A stretch of DNA of 64,000 nt from Tubulanus polymorphus (lineage: Eukaryota > Animalia > Nemertea): contig NC_134025.1 of the NCBI RefSeq assembly GCF_964204645.1, forward strand, positions 16,653,101 through 16,717,100, in the 5' to 3' direction. This document shows positions 1 through 12,275 of this stretch, in pieces. The position numbers were made by a program, and so were the translations under genes. Positions within the stretch are counted from its first letter, which is position 1. Each line of letters starts with the position of its first letter. The notes beneath the pieces are model-generated. The model was not told the DNA's origin and made no database searches. It worked only from the letters and a program-made list of their open reading frames with translations.

Positions 1-1089
1 TACATTTATTCTTAAATTATTATCTCTTTCTATCTTTGGGATGTCTTTAATTATAACAGGATACTTATCTATCTTATAATTATTTTCAAATGGTTTATAA
101 TGAGTTAATCTAAAACTATGTGTAATATCTTCTGTTGGATGTAAACAACTTATTATAGCCCATAGAAAACATTTATCATCTTCATTTTGTACATTTATTA
201 CAGCATTAGTTTTAAATGGTAGTTTAATATAACTCAATGCTTCAATATCTGGTTCTTTATAATATGATACATTATTTTCATCTATTGGTTTTGATTTAGT
301 TAACTTATTATATTTTGTGTTATAAACATGTAAAGTCATAAATATTATCTCATCAAATATTAAACCAGATCCTTCAAAATATTTCTCTTCTATTTTAGTT
401 TTTACTTCATTATAACATTTATCTAATTTATCATCTATATGTTGTTTAGATATAATATGTTGTGAATGAGAATTTATATTATATATTGGTTTATCTTCAG
501 ATTTTATAAATTTAACTTTTGATGAAATACTAATTTTAGGGTATTCAACATCAGTTATTATTTTTATTATTTCTTTCATATTTTCTAAATGTTTTTTATT
601 TTCTTCTATTGTTTTTCCTTTATGAAATTTAAACTCAATAGCGGCTGGCCCTATATCACTTTTAAATGCTTCGGTTATTTCTATATCTTTTTTATTATCT
701 AATGAATTAATATAATTTCTTACATCTTCCATATATGGTCTTTTATTGTTTAATTTATTTTTTATTCTTTTAATTGTCTTCTGTTTCTTATCGTTATCAT
801 TATCAAAATAATCTTCACCTAAAATATCATTATTCTTATTTCTAATATGACTTATAGATTTTAAATGTTCTTTATAATATCTTTTATCACTGAATGATTG
901 ATTACATGTATCACATTTGTATGTTTCTTTTTCATTCTTTAATTCTTCTAATTTAGTTTCTAATATATCATCTTTATATTCTAGTTTCAATTTATTCTCT
1001 AAATGTGTTTTAGTTTTATTGTGTCTTGCTTTTTGGGATTTATCTATATTGATATTACATGTTGGACAGTAGTACTTATTTGCTTCCAT
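1..1089 (-). CDS. N-terminal part of a Polinton protein-primed DNA polymerase B (element C), running off the window edge
   Basis: ATG at 1089 (MEANKYYCPTC...) with two C2H2-like fingers, then FEGSGLIFDE, YIKLP, NAVINVQNEDDKCFLWAIISCLHP and DIPKIERDNNLRINV. These match motifs in ORF 12276-13325 (EGSGW, VVNVKNRDDHCLKWSIL, VERQNGLAINV). Both ends fall in the same frame. Absent from the ORF track, probably because no stop lies in the window. Confidence 0.85.
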   Translation of the reverse strand, partial: MEANKYYCPTCNINIDKSQKARHNKTKTHLENKLKLEYKDDILETKLEELKNEKETYKCDTCNQSFSDKRYYKEHLKSISHIRNKNNDILGEDYFDNDNDKKQKTIKRIKNKLNNKRPYMEDVRNYINSLDNKKDIEITEAFKSDIGPAAIEFKFHKGKTIEENKKHLENMKEIIKIITDVEYPKISISSKVKFIKSEDKPIYNINSHSQHIISKQHIDDKLDKCYNEVKTKIEEKYFEGSGLIFDEIIFMTLHVYNTKYNKLTKSKPIDENNVSYYKEPDIEALSYIKLPFKTNAVINVQNEDDKCFLWAIISCLHPTEDITHSFRLTHYKPFENNYKIDKYPVIIKDIPKIERDNNLRINV

Positions 1090-1239
1090 TTTAATACTAA
1101 ATTTTTTATTAAAATTGAACATAACACTTACCTCTCAACGCGTCCCACCACGTGTGAGTCCTACCACGTGTGAGTCCCGCCTATTTATACTACTCAACAG
1201 TGGGGGAAACCCAGCTGCGTGTTGAGACTTGTAAATTAT

Positions 1240-1479
1240 GAGGCTTGTGATTGGCTAGTGTAATAGGGAATACTCAACTGTGATTGGATAGAGTAATACT
1301 CAACTGTGATTGGATAGATTAATAGTAAAATACTCAACTGTGATTGGATAGAGTAATAGGGAATATTCAACTGTGATTGGCTAATGTAGTTTTCTAGATG
1401 GGTTGTTCTAGAATCAACATGTAATACGCAATACTCAACGTGTTGAGGCTTGTAAATTATGAGACTTGTGATTAGATAG
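1240..1479. repeat. Subterminal short repeats carrying CCAAT boxes
   Basis: About six copies of (TACTCAA)CTGTGATTGG(A/C)TAG upstream of the element C pPolB start; ATTGG is CCAAT on the coding strand. Confidence 0.7.
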
Positions 1480-1686
1480 AGTAATAGGGGTTTAGTTGTT
1501 CTATATCAAAGGTTGAGAGGTTGAGGTTGATAAATTTTCCAAATGTTAAAATAATAATAATTTCTACTTGAATTAGGAGTGTACGCGACTAATTCAAGTA
1601 GAAATTATTGTTATTTTAACATTTTGGAAAATTTATCGACCTCGACCTTTCGACCTTTGGTATAGAACAACTAAACCCCTATTACT
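1480..1686. repeat. ~97-bp-arm foldback palindrome at the end of element C
   Basis: 1480-1576 is the reverse complement of ~1589-1686, with six substitutions and one indel around a short loop. Confidence 0.92.
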
Positions 1687-2737
1687 AATACGGTTCAAAT
1701 CCAGAACAGGTATAAGTAGATCTGCGCAGAATCTGATCACGGCGGACTGGTATTTATCCGCCAATATTGGACTGCTAATCGTCGACTGATTTAACTCGTC
1801 GACAATGGCTACAATCCTAAATGTCGGCCGATTCTACTCGTCGACGGTGTCTACAATCCTGATTGTGAAAATCAACTGGGATCATTGGGCGTAAACTGTT
1901 TCAAATCCCCGCTGTAGAGTTCGCTGGGGTCGTGGGGCGTTAAGTGTTTCAAATATTCCCCTGTTGTGTTGTGTCTTCTTTTCGCGCCAAAATAATACAC
2001 GGTACATGTAATAAGATTCAAGCCGCCGTTTATGATCGTTCATTTTTCTTCACACCAAGTAAATTTGATTATCCAAGTAAAGTGAGAGTGAGAACGAAAA
2101 ACTTTGTATATTACTTTTTTATCCTTTGGGAATTCCCCATTTCTCTCAATCATTCACTCTACGCTACATCGGGCCTGTCTAAATTACCAGCTCAAACGAT
2201 TGAATTGAATGGGAAAACGATGTTTTATAGTATACAAGTTGCGTTTTATTCTCTTAATTTATACAAATCTATGCAAATGCTACGGTAATCAATTTACAAA
2301 GTGAAGAAATTTATGACTACGGTATAATACACCCCTTGAGGGCTATTTCTGCCTATACTAGGCTAAGTATCAATATTTTTAGAATTTTCAAATAATCCGT
2401 ATGATTTTGCTACGTCCCACTTATACGGATTGACTTATACGAGTTGTCTGTATATCTATCATAGCGATCTTTCCACGTCAAATGAACATTTAGTTTTGAC
2501 AGAATATCTACGATAGCGATTTTGACGCGTCAATAATGAGTTATAACAGTATATCTACGATAGAGATTTGGTTTGGTCAGTTTATGAAAAATGATATTTG
2601 ACGCGTCAAATTCAATCATTTGACGAACATTTTAACAAGTTGACATAACGAGAAAATTCGATGTTTAATTTTGACGGGTAAAAATTGAAATTAAAATCAA
2701 TATAGATAAGGTGAGGAGGTATATCTTTTATTCGATT

Positions 2738-2778
2738 ACTACAAAAACGTTTCGGCCTACAAGCCTTCATCAATTGAG
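2738..2778 (-). ncRNA. Degenerate minimal hammerhead-like motif (Penelope type)
   Basis: The minus strand reads uUGAUGA-aggcuuguaggcc-GAAACGUU. The first C of the core is missing and stem I is not convincing. Confidence 0.35.
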
Positions 2779-4726
2779 AAATGAATTCGACGGTTTAAAA
2801 AACCATGAATAGTTGGTATGGGACATTAAACGCGCAGATTAAATCTAATTGGGCGAAAATCAAGGAATACAGCTAACGATAAGAAATTTTTTTCTCTGAA
2901 CTATCCTGAGAATGTCCTCTCAGGATCGCGCTTAACAAATGCCGTAGAATCAAAAGATCTACCACTGTAACCACTTTGAAAAGTTCCGAAGATAAAATTC
3001 CTCTAGTTCTTACTATGGAAGCCCTGAGACGACATATGACGTAAAGTTCATAACTTCCTGAGTTCTCAAGTTCATGAGTTCCTGAGTTGGTTTAAATAGC
3101 AAAAAGCCTACGATACCAAAACATCGAACTTTAACACCCGAGTTTCAGGCTAAGACGATACTGATCAATGGCCAGTGATTAGTGACATGTTTAAGAGAGA
3201 AAAGCGCTTCCGCAACGCAACTGGCAGGTAACTCGGGTGGCTCTGATTTTTATCGTGGCAAGTGAGGAGGTTGACTCCGTTTAACCGGCGACTCGCTAGG
3301 TATCCGCTCGTGTTTACATGATAACAAAGTGAACAAACGCTCATTATTAAAATTTGTAAACATCTATTTATATTCCTTGAACCATCAACAACACATGGCT
3401 GATGATAGACTGGTTGCCGGTCTGCCTATAGGCCGAACTCTTTTATCAGATCGGAGAATCCGTTTGCCTCCAATCGTACTCTTTTATTGGCCACGTGACT
3501 TTTTGGAGTCTCCGAAACCTCCTTTCTGTCGAGGTGGTGTGGTTCGCATTTTGTGTGGAGCCAACCGGAGATTTCGGACGGAGACTTCGGAGGTCATAAA
3601 AGAGTACGCCCTAGTTGACTGCCAGTGCTATCCCACTAGATGGCAGGTGTGTCAGCCATCTAGCGCCGACACGCCCGTCAAAATCTATTTAATTTTCAGT
3701 GGACTTTCTAGATTTTTAGCCTCCCTTATCAGGCTCTTTTTCAAGACATCGAGTTCGACAGCAGTAGCACGGGCGGACGTGTTCGGATTGCTCGAGATTC
3801 AATTTTTTGTAGTTTCCCGTTCAAGTCCCCCGGATCACCACCGACTTTGCGTACCAAGGATTTCACGATGTGGTCACCATATCGAAATCTGGGCCGCGTA
3901 AGCCTCGGCAAGGACCTCGATAGGGCAGTATCAATGCCTATCACCACTGCTCCTGTAACCATCGAAGTAGGATTCAAAAGTTCATCTGCGGCTTCCACTA
4001 ACTCTTGACTGTCAGGCCGTGGTGCAGTATCAGGCCGTTGCAGAATATCACATACGGCTCGACTGAATGCTCGCTTCTTTCGGATAACAGTAGAACTACA
4101 TTTTACTCGGTCTAATTCGACGGCTTCCATTTTACTTTCTCAAGGGTTCACTATGAGGAAGAAACAACAATTAATTCATTTAATAAAATACGTGGGTTAT
4201 ATACCAAAAACGCCTCAGTATATACATATGACTGTATTCAATTTTGATCAACCAGTCTTCAAGTGTGTGATCGGTTTCCCTAGTGAGCAAGTGCCAACTT
4301 TCGTAACTGAACTATGCAGCACCTAGACAACCATTCGAGGGTACTCGAGAAACCAGTTGAGCTTTCTTTCTGCACGGGGGATCCCGAACCCAAGCCAACA
4401 TTACTAAACCACTAACGGTAAGCACTGTTTGTCTACTTGACTGGTGACCTATTCATTTTCAGGGCCCTCGTGATCTCTCTACCCCTTTTCAGCCCGAATG
4501 GCTTTTGTTTCCAGATCCGGTCCACGTTTCCATCCAGACATCTTGGTCACTGGGAGCCACTAAGCGCACTACGTCCCGCTGCCATGTAGGACCCTTATTG
4601 CAGCTCGAGAGTGGAGTCGTACCGTCGTACCTATTGTCCCTTGTCTACCGATTCTCCGTCGGATTCACCTTGTTCTGAGGCGGTTTCCTCTATGGGCGGC
4701 AATCCCCGCCAAACAGACACTGAAGT

Positions 4727-4831
4727 CATCACGTGAAGGATAAACCCATAACGTGAAGTATAATGTAGTAACGTGAAGGATAAACTCATAACGTGAAGGA
4801 TAATGTCATGACGTGAAGGATCAACTCACGT
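4727..4831. repeat. ~20-bp tandem repeat
   Basis: About five copies of ACGTGAAGGATAA(A/T)..., related to the terminus of the adjacent MITE. Confidence 0.75.
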
Positions 4832-5297
4832 CATCAAGGATAAACCTATTGTGTCACCAGATGGCGTTCCGGTCAGAAATAGCCCGGCAACCAGTCTTAA
4901 ATAATTTCGGTTTAAATGCAAATTCATTTTATTCATCATACGATTCAAATTCAATTCAATTCAAAATAACTCTATACGATTAAGAAGCGTCGTAGGTTTT
5001 ACGGAGGACGAGTGGAGGTGAGAAAAGTTTATCTCGAAAAGTTGTGTATAGTATGTTGCCGGGGGAGTCCGATTGGACTCCAGCATTACAACGGCATCAT
5101 TAAATAAAGTAATTGATGATTCTCTGTAAGTGTTGTCGGCCGACATATTTTGCGCGTAATTTTCCGCACCGGAAATAAAAATTACCTCCACTCCACCTTA
5201 GAAAAATACGCATTTTAACCGAAATTATTTTAGACTGGTTGCCAGTCTATTTCCGACCGGCGCGCCATCTGGTAATATAATAGGTTTATCCTTGATG
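4832..5297. mobile_element. MITE-like element with ~90-bp imperfect TIRs
   Basis: CATCAAGGATAAACCTATT...CCAGATGGCG...GGCAACCAGTCT (4832-4920) is inverted at 5210-5297. No clear TSD; superfamily not assigned. Confidence 0.7.
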
Positions 5298-6480
5298 CCA
5301 TGCCTAGTGGAGGGAGGTTTGTTCAGGGAGACCTGGGGCTTTTCACCATCATCCACCCTTATTATGGCCGGTCTCCACCCGATAATCAATCACAGTGGGA
5401 CCATGAACGGGCCATTCCACTGCCTATGGAATTTTGGGACCTCCCCGGGCTTGATATAGTGACTGTGTATAGCCAGACTCTGTCACCCACGTGATGTGTC
5501 ATAGTATTGTCGCTGGTGCCGTTGGGCAACAGCCAATCTCCCCCTAACCGCATTATAGGCAGATTCAATTCGGCCTGCGACACCGGGCATATTATGTTGT
5601 GGAATGATCTGGCTCCGGGCTGCACACCATCAGATCAACCGGGAGACTCATTTCACGTCAAAATGTCAAAAGAATTGGGTCCCCAGTGTATTGATGACTG
5701 GACACTCGATCGTAATGCCATTAAACATCCAGGGAGGTGGTCATGTCATCCCAGTCTTTCCCATTCTCGTCAACTGTCACCGTCAGCATTGCTTTGATCG
5801 ATTTGTTATCTGAATGTAGTCTCTCCGGGCAACCATATCTGCAGATCCACTCGTCGATGAGTAACCGTACCACTGTTTTTACTTTCTGGTTCCTTTTCGG
5901 CCAGGCTTCCGGCCACAAAGTGAATGCATCCTGCACAATCAGTATATACTGGGCGCCTCTTCGTGTCCTAGGGTTTATCGGCCCTATCACGTCGATATGC
6001 AGACGCTGGTTTGATCCTGCAAGCCACGTTGATCCTGCAAGAGTCGCAAGCGCCGAGTCAACCCTTGGTAATGGATGAGCGTCTTAAACAGTGGCTTCAT
6101 CAAGTTTACGGTAGTCCACACAGAATATAAGTGAGCCATCTGCTTTCTTTGCGAGGACTATTGGGCTTGACCAAGCTCCATGTGACTCACGTATCAAACC
6201 CTGTTCGAGACGCTGATCAGTTGTGTCCGAAACAAATGTTTGCCAAAGAGGTGGTATCCGACGAGGGTTTTGCTTAATCGGACGAGTATTCTGGGTGTCG
6301 ATTTTGTGTTCTGATAGGCCGGTGCGCCCCAGATCAAAATCATCTGCCGAGAACACATCAATGTTGTGCCGGATTACACTGATCAATTCCTTTTTGGTCG
6401 CCTCCGGAATCTCCATGTCAGCAATCCGCAAATCCTCTAGCACGGACTACACCTTTTCTTCAGGGATCAGTCTCTGTGTG
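5298..6480 (-). pseudogene. Ty3/Gypsy pol remnant (RT N-terminus and integrase, with internal deletions)
   Basis: HKIDTQNTRPIKQNPRRIP...WSSPIVLAKKADGSLIFCVDYRKL (6084-6443) and GPINPRTRRGAQYILIVQDAFT...ICRYGCPERLHSD (5721-5990). Confidence 0.9.
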
Positions 6481-6575
6481 ACAAGACGGTCTTGGTCACT
6501 CACTCTTTTCGCCCTCATTAATCAGGGACAAGGTCAGGGATTCAATTGGGCTAAACCAGGCGATGGGTTGACCCC

Positions 6576-7196
6576 TTTTTAGCCCATTATAGTCACAGCG
6601 GGCTATTGAGCCCATTTTAGCCCACTTGGGACTTCAGTCACAGCGGGCTATTGCGTTTACCTATCGTCCGTTGTCCGTAGACGAAATCCAGTTATTGTGG
6701 GAAGTTTTGAAGACACTTCAAGGTAATGTCTTGATATTTGGTATATACATGTATCTACCCTAGACACATTTTCAGCCCAATAAATGGCCAAGTAGTTCCA
6801 AGATGGCCGACTGGCAGCCATTGTTGTTTGCCAAAATAAGCACTTTTTACACATTTTTGAAGATTTCGCGGGAAATTCAATTTGATCAATCTTTTGTTCT
6901 TTTGTATATATTTGTATCCCCAAGGACCATTAGGCATGAGAAAAAATTGCTTCGATCGGGCTCAAGATAGTCGCCCTAGGACCTTTTTGTGCCAAAAATG
7001 TCAATTTTGGCCTGAATTCTGAGTACTATAGCTTCCTACTGCTTTACCAATTTTCTTTGCAATTTGTGATGGGTATTCTTTGAAAAGGGATGTTTTCTAC
7101 CTGTGACAGGCATTTTTGATCAGCCAATTATGACGCAATTGGCGGCCATCTTCCTGTCACCTGTACTCATTCGTAGGTGGAAAAAGTTTTTCCACA
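6576..7196 (+). mobile_element. Non-autonomous Helentron/DINE-1-like element, 5' part
   Basis: Starts TTTTAGCCCA...GGGCTATTG followed by CGTCCGTTGTCCGT. Its body (6704-7196) is closely similar to 59650-60135 and 58690-59025. Confidence 0.6.
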
Positions 7197-7499
7197 TAAT
7201 AAGGCCAGCCGTAGGCTGAGCCTATAATTACTTTACAAATATAGCGAATTTAAATGACATGGTTTCCAGAGCAAAGGCTATTTTACTGTGCAACTGAGCA
7301 TATATTCATACAAATCATCCACTAAAGCATTATCCATTCTCCAAACACTACGTAGCTGAATTTTGAAAATAGGCCTCGTTAAAATTTATATGAGCTTTTT
7401 CGCAAATATCTGATCGCAAAAAAATTGGTTTTGAAAAGCCAATCAGAAAGCAAAGACTCCTCTATGATTGGCTTAGCCGCAGAAATCAGCAGGTGTTCA

Positions 7500-9050
7500 C
7501 GTGAACCCGCGAAATGACCTCCCACTTGACCGAACAAGAAATGATTTGGTGTCAACGGAACGTCATCATCTGGGTTAGCCGACTGGTATGTTAACGGCCT
7601 GGAGTTAATCAGAGCTTCAGCTCCAGTAAATGCCGACAATAACTCTTCATCGTTCACGTCTGCGTTCCCCAGTATAGCGTATATAGCACGTTTCGCTGAC
7701 TTGATCATCGTCTCATGGACTCCTCCAAAATGTGGTGCGAGTGGCGGATTGAAGTACCATTTTACACCTTGGTTTGCCGTTGTCCGTCTCATCTTTTCTT
7801 TGTCTAAAAGTGTCACCAATTCTTTGAGTTCGTTGTTGGCTCCAACAAAATTGGTTCTGTTGTCTGAGTTCATTTCTATTGGCAGCCCTCGTCGATTAAC
7901 CATTCGGTAGAATGCATTCAAAAACGCATCTGTGTCGAAACCGAATGCGAGTTCTAAATGGACTGCTCTGCTTGACAAACATGTGAAAAGACACAAGTAA
8001 CGCTTTTCTCTGCTCTTTCTGCGACCCTGTTTCGTGATGTATGGTCCACCAAAATCCACTGCTGTTCTCGCGAATGCGCGTATAGGCATCTTTACCCTAA
8101 GTTGTGGCAACGGTGCCATGACCTGTGTGGCAGCCTTAGCTCTTCGTTTCTTACATTTGCAGCATTCACGTTCAACATCTCGAATCACTTCTCTGGCGCT
8201 GATCACCCAGTATCGCGAGGATAAACTTGCCAACATTTGTACCACCAACATGATGGTATTTCTCGTGGTGGTGTCTTACTATCAACTTTGTTACGTGGTG
8301 ATGCCTTGGTAATATGATCGGATTTTTCACATCGTAAGCTAAGAACTCTGCATATTTTAATCTTCCTTCGCATCTTATCAAACCTTCCTCGTCTAATCTT
8401 GGCTTTAAACTGAGGACTTTGCTGTTTGATTGTAAACTCTTTCCTTTAACCAGCAAGGAGTATTCTTCTTTGAATCCTTCGATCTGACATCTTCGAATTA
8501 TCTCTTCTTCGATGTTTAGTAACTCATCTGCAGACAGCTCGCCTTCACTCCTCTCAGTAATCTACAATTGTCGATGAATCTGTGTACCCACGCATGAACG
8601 CGCAATAGACGATTACATTGTGAATATCGTTCTGGATTCAAACGCCAATCTTCGTCGGTTTCTTTAAGTTTGATAAGCATCGTGAATTCTGTTTCCCTTG
8701 AGATGAATTCTTTCTTCAGTCCTTGTTTGGCTACCTGGCTTGTCGCAACTCGATTCACTGGCCGTATCTCCATTGTGTTGGTCTGGTCTTACTTTGAATT
8801 TCACCGACTCTGTGTGCTATAAACGGTTTCTAATCCACCATAACACATCAAACTATCTGACCAAAAGATGACTTCTTTCATATTCATCTCGTAACCTTTA
8901 AACCTCAGTAATTCTTTAAACCAGTCGCAATCCTAGAATGGCTCCCATCATTTCAAGTCTTGGTATGCTACTAGAGATTAAAGGAGCTACTCGAGACTTA
9001 GCTGCGATCATTCGGCTTGAAACTTCGTCTGTACCCTTGTACGTGCACAC
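7500..9050 (-). pseudogene. BEL/Pao pol, 3' half (RNase H C-terminus and integrase), frameshifted
   Basis: AAKSRVAP...IPRLEMMGA, NPIILPRHHHVTKLIV, TAVDFGGPY, CLFTCLSSRAVHLEL, FNPPLAPHFGGVHE, INSRPLT, LTPNHFL. Confidence 0.93.
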
Positions 9051-9056
9051 CGCGTA

Positions 9057-9277
9057 AGTAATAGGAAAAGTAGGATTTCATACCAGAGGTCGTGAGGTCG
9101 AGACACCCCTCATCACCACAAATAATTTTTCCCCTTATAAATGGCAGATAGAAAAGCATTCTTAGCAACAATAAATAACAGAATTAAACCAGCAAAAAAA
9201 ATATTTGAAATAAAAAAGCAATTGAACATAAAATATTGAGAATCCGAAATGACTTATCTAAGCAACTTGATTGATCG
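9057..9277. repeat. Left TIR of element A (internally deleted)
   Basis: 9057-9210 matches 53753-53907. Later blocks TTGAACATAAAATATTGA and AGAATCCGAAATGACTTATCT match ~53180-53197 and ~52915-52935. Confidence 0.85.
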
Positions 9278-9453
9278 AGGCGCTGACGAGAACGGACGAT
9301 TGCTCTGTAATACACATATACAGTGGGTGCGCGCAACAACAGCTGCGCGTGGATAGATCGATACAGCGAGGTGCTACCGAGAACGGTTATTAACACGCGT
9401 GCTATTACTGTAGTACAGCGATTGCGCGTCAGCTGTGCTCGGATAAATAGATG

Positions 9454-11464
9454 CTGTTATCTAAATTTATGGCTGAGAATACATTATTAAAACATAAAGA
9501 ATTATGTGATAATAACGATTTTTGTAAATTAATAATGCCAACAAAAAAAGATTGTAAGCTGAAATTAACTAATCATAAATTTAAAAATATTGTTCCATTT
9601 GTAATTTATGGGGATTTTGAATCGTTGAATAAAGAATTAACTGATCAAGATAGAAAAGAAATATACAATGAAAAGCAATTTTTAAAATCAATATATAAAG
9701 GAAATGAATTAAATGAAGATATAATTCAAGATCCACCAATTATAAACACAATTAAAAAAGTTCATCAAAGAGCTGCCGCTTATGGAATTTACATAAAATC
9801 AAACTATCCTGAATTATATGAAAGTCAATATATTTCTCTTAGAGGTGAAGATGTAGTTAATGATTTTTGTAATAAAATAATTGAATTAGAAAGTGATTTT
9901 GCAAAATTATTAAACAAAAAAGAATACCATAAAAACTATTATTCATTAATTTGAAGAAATCTTTTTCAAAATCTGTTTTCGATATGGTTCTCTGTTGAGT
10001 ATTAAAATCTATATAGAGATTAAATTGTTGTTACTGTGAAAAACGTTTTTATTCATTTGATAAAAAGTTAGAGATCATGATCATTTAAATTCAAAATATC
10101 GTGGAGCTGCTCATGAACATTGTAATTTACAAGCTAAGAAAGTTAATTTCGTACCAATATTATTTCATAATTTATCAGGCTATGATACCCATCTATTTAT
10201 AAAACAATTATCGGGAAAATTGGGCGCAATTAATCAAGAAATAGAAGAATATAATGCTATGAATGGTGCAAATTTAAGAAAATATGATTTGAAACTATTA
10301 GCAAAGACATCTGAAAATTATATTTCATTACAATTTGGTTGCATTAGATTTTTAGATTCTTATAGATTTCTAGCAAGTTCATTAGATGATTTAGCAAAAA
10401 GTTTAGTTGATAATGATTTTATAATAACTCGACATTATTATCCAAATGAACAAGATTTTAAATTATTGAGATTTAAAGGTGCAATTCCTTATTCATTTTA
10501 TAAAACGCATGATGATTTTAATGTAACAGAATTATTAAAAGAACAATTTTATGATCAATTAAAAGAGGACTATGTGAAAGATGAAGTTTTTAATAGAACG
10601 TTAAATATTTTGAATCATTTTAAGACAGAAAATCATGGTGAATTAGTAGATTTGTACTTAAAATCAGATGTTATGATATTGGCTGAGATATTTGAAAAAT
10701 TTACAGAAGTTAATTTAAATCATTTTAATGTTGATCCTTGTTATTGCTACTCTAGTCCCGGTTTAATTTGGCAATGTGGTTTAAAATATACTAACGTAGA
10801 ATTAGATTTATTAAAAGAACCAGACATGGTTTTATTATTTGAAAAATCAATTAGAGGTGGAATTAGTGGTGTTATGGGAGATGATGAATACAAATTATTA
10901 TATATTGACGCCAATAATTTATATGGTTGGGCAATGATGCAACCTCAACCATACAAAAATTTTATATTAACAGAAGTTGAAAATGATGATAAAACTAATT
11001 GGGAAAGCGCAATTATGAGTTTAGAAGATGAAGCACCAATTGGTTATTTCTTTGTTGTTGATTGAGAATATCCTGATAACATATAGTTTAAAACAAGAAA
11101 CTTACCATATTGCCCAGAACATTTAACCGTAGATGATAGTTATTTAAGTGAATACCAGAAGAAAATAAAACCGAAAGATCAAGTTTTTACAGAGAAATTG
11201 ATATTAACACAAAATAATAAATATAACTATATTGTTCATTATAGAATTTTAAAATTTTATCTAAAACAGGGAATGAAATTAAAGAAAGTACATAGATATA
11301 TTGAATTTAATCAATCGAAGTGGTTAGAAAAATATATAGATTTTAATACTCAACAGAGAACCATATCGAAAACAGATTTTGAAAAAGATTTCTTCAAATT
11401 AATGAATAATAGTTTTTATGGTAAAACATGTGAAAATATTAGAAATAGAAATGATATTGAATTA
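9454..11464 (+). pseudogene. Element A pPolB, 5'-truncated first part
   Basis: VPFVIYGDFES, RDHDHLNSKYRGAAHEHCNL, FHNLSGYD, FLDSYRFL, YLKSDV, SIRGGIS, YIDANNLYGWAM and KLMNNSFYGK. Several stops and frameshifts; cut by element B after NRNDIEL. Confidence 0.95.
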
Positions 11465-12194
11465 AGTAGTATACAAAATAGCGGTTCTGGCGCAGCCCGA
11501 CCCTGGTTCTGGCGCAGCCCATCCTTACCCCGGTATACCGTGTACCCTCGCATAGCTTTATCTCCACCGAAATACCCTAAGAAGACAACCCCTGTGGACC
11601 GCGGTTCTGGCGCAGCCCATCCTTACCCCGGTATACCGTGTACCCTCTCAAAGCTTTATCTCCACCTAAATACCCTAAGAAGACAACCCCTGTGGACCGC
11701 GGTTCTGGCGCAGCCGATCCTTACCCCGGTATACCGAGTACCCTCTCAAAGCTTTTTCTCCACCTAAATACCCTAAGAAAACAACCCCTGTGGACCGCGG
11801 TTCTGGCGCAGCCCATCCTTACCCCGGTATACCGTGTACCCCCTCAAAGCTTTTTCCCCACCTAAATACCCTAAGAAGAAAACCCCTGTGGACCATGGAA
11901 AACACGCCAAGGGGCCGGCAAACCCCCTCCGGCCCCTATAAACCAACAGCTATAATGCACATACGACAAAGTGTTATTTACATAGATATTTACAGTATAT
12001 ACAAGTATGTGAAAGGCTCTGACCTGGAATTCACCTCTTAAGCTGACGCTATTAGCGGTGCGCTGCGACCTGATTGTCACTGATTGCGAAATAGCCTAGA
12101 AAGTTCTATGCTGACGCAGAAGCCGGCAAACAACCAAGACATCGGCAGGCAACCAGAGCCATGTCCCTTGGACATGGCCAGGCCCGGCCAACAC
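11465..12194. repeat. Left TIR of element B, with four 98-bp tandem units (~11503-11893)
   Basis: Reverse complement of 37823-38642. The unit GCGGTTCTGGCGCAGCCCATCC...CCCTGTGGACC recurs at 11601, 11699 and 11797. Confidence 0.95.
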
Positions 12195-12275
12195 TCGGCG
12201 TGTGCCGACTTCTGACGAGGGGCCCCCAAAAATTTCCATTTAGAGACATACATTTCTCATATATGCGAAAGCAAA

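Larger units (their letters stand above)
1..1686 (-). mobile_element. Terminal part of a third Polinton/Maverick (element C)
   Basis: The minus-strand terminus AGTAATAGGGG...ATACCAAAGGTCGAAAGGTCGAG at 1686 resembles the element A terminus AGTAATAGGAA...ATACCAGAGGTCGTGAGGTCGAG. It is followed by the pPolB start. The predicted TSD is AATACG (1687-1692); its partner would be outside the window. Confidence 0.7.

Noticed and set aside
1944-4130. ORFs 1944-2288, 3329-3901 and 3741-4130
   Set aside because: No recognisable motifs; probably non-coding or unidentifiable transposon debris.
11466-12080. ORFs in B's TIR arrays (also 38144-38567) and the C-terminal extension of ORF 11198-11767
   Set aside because: These are read-through of the 98-bp repeat; the pPolB frame actually continues at 38649.
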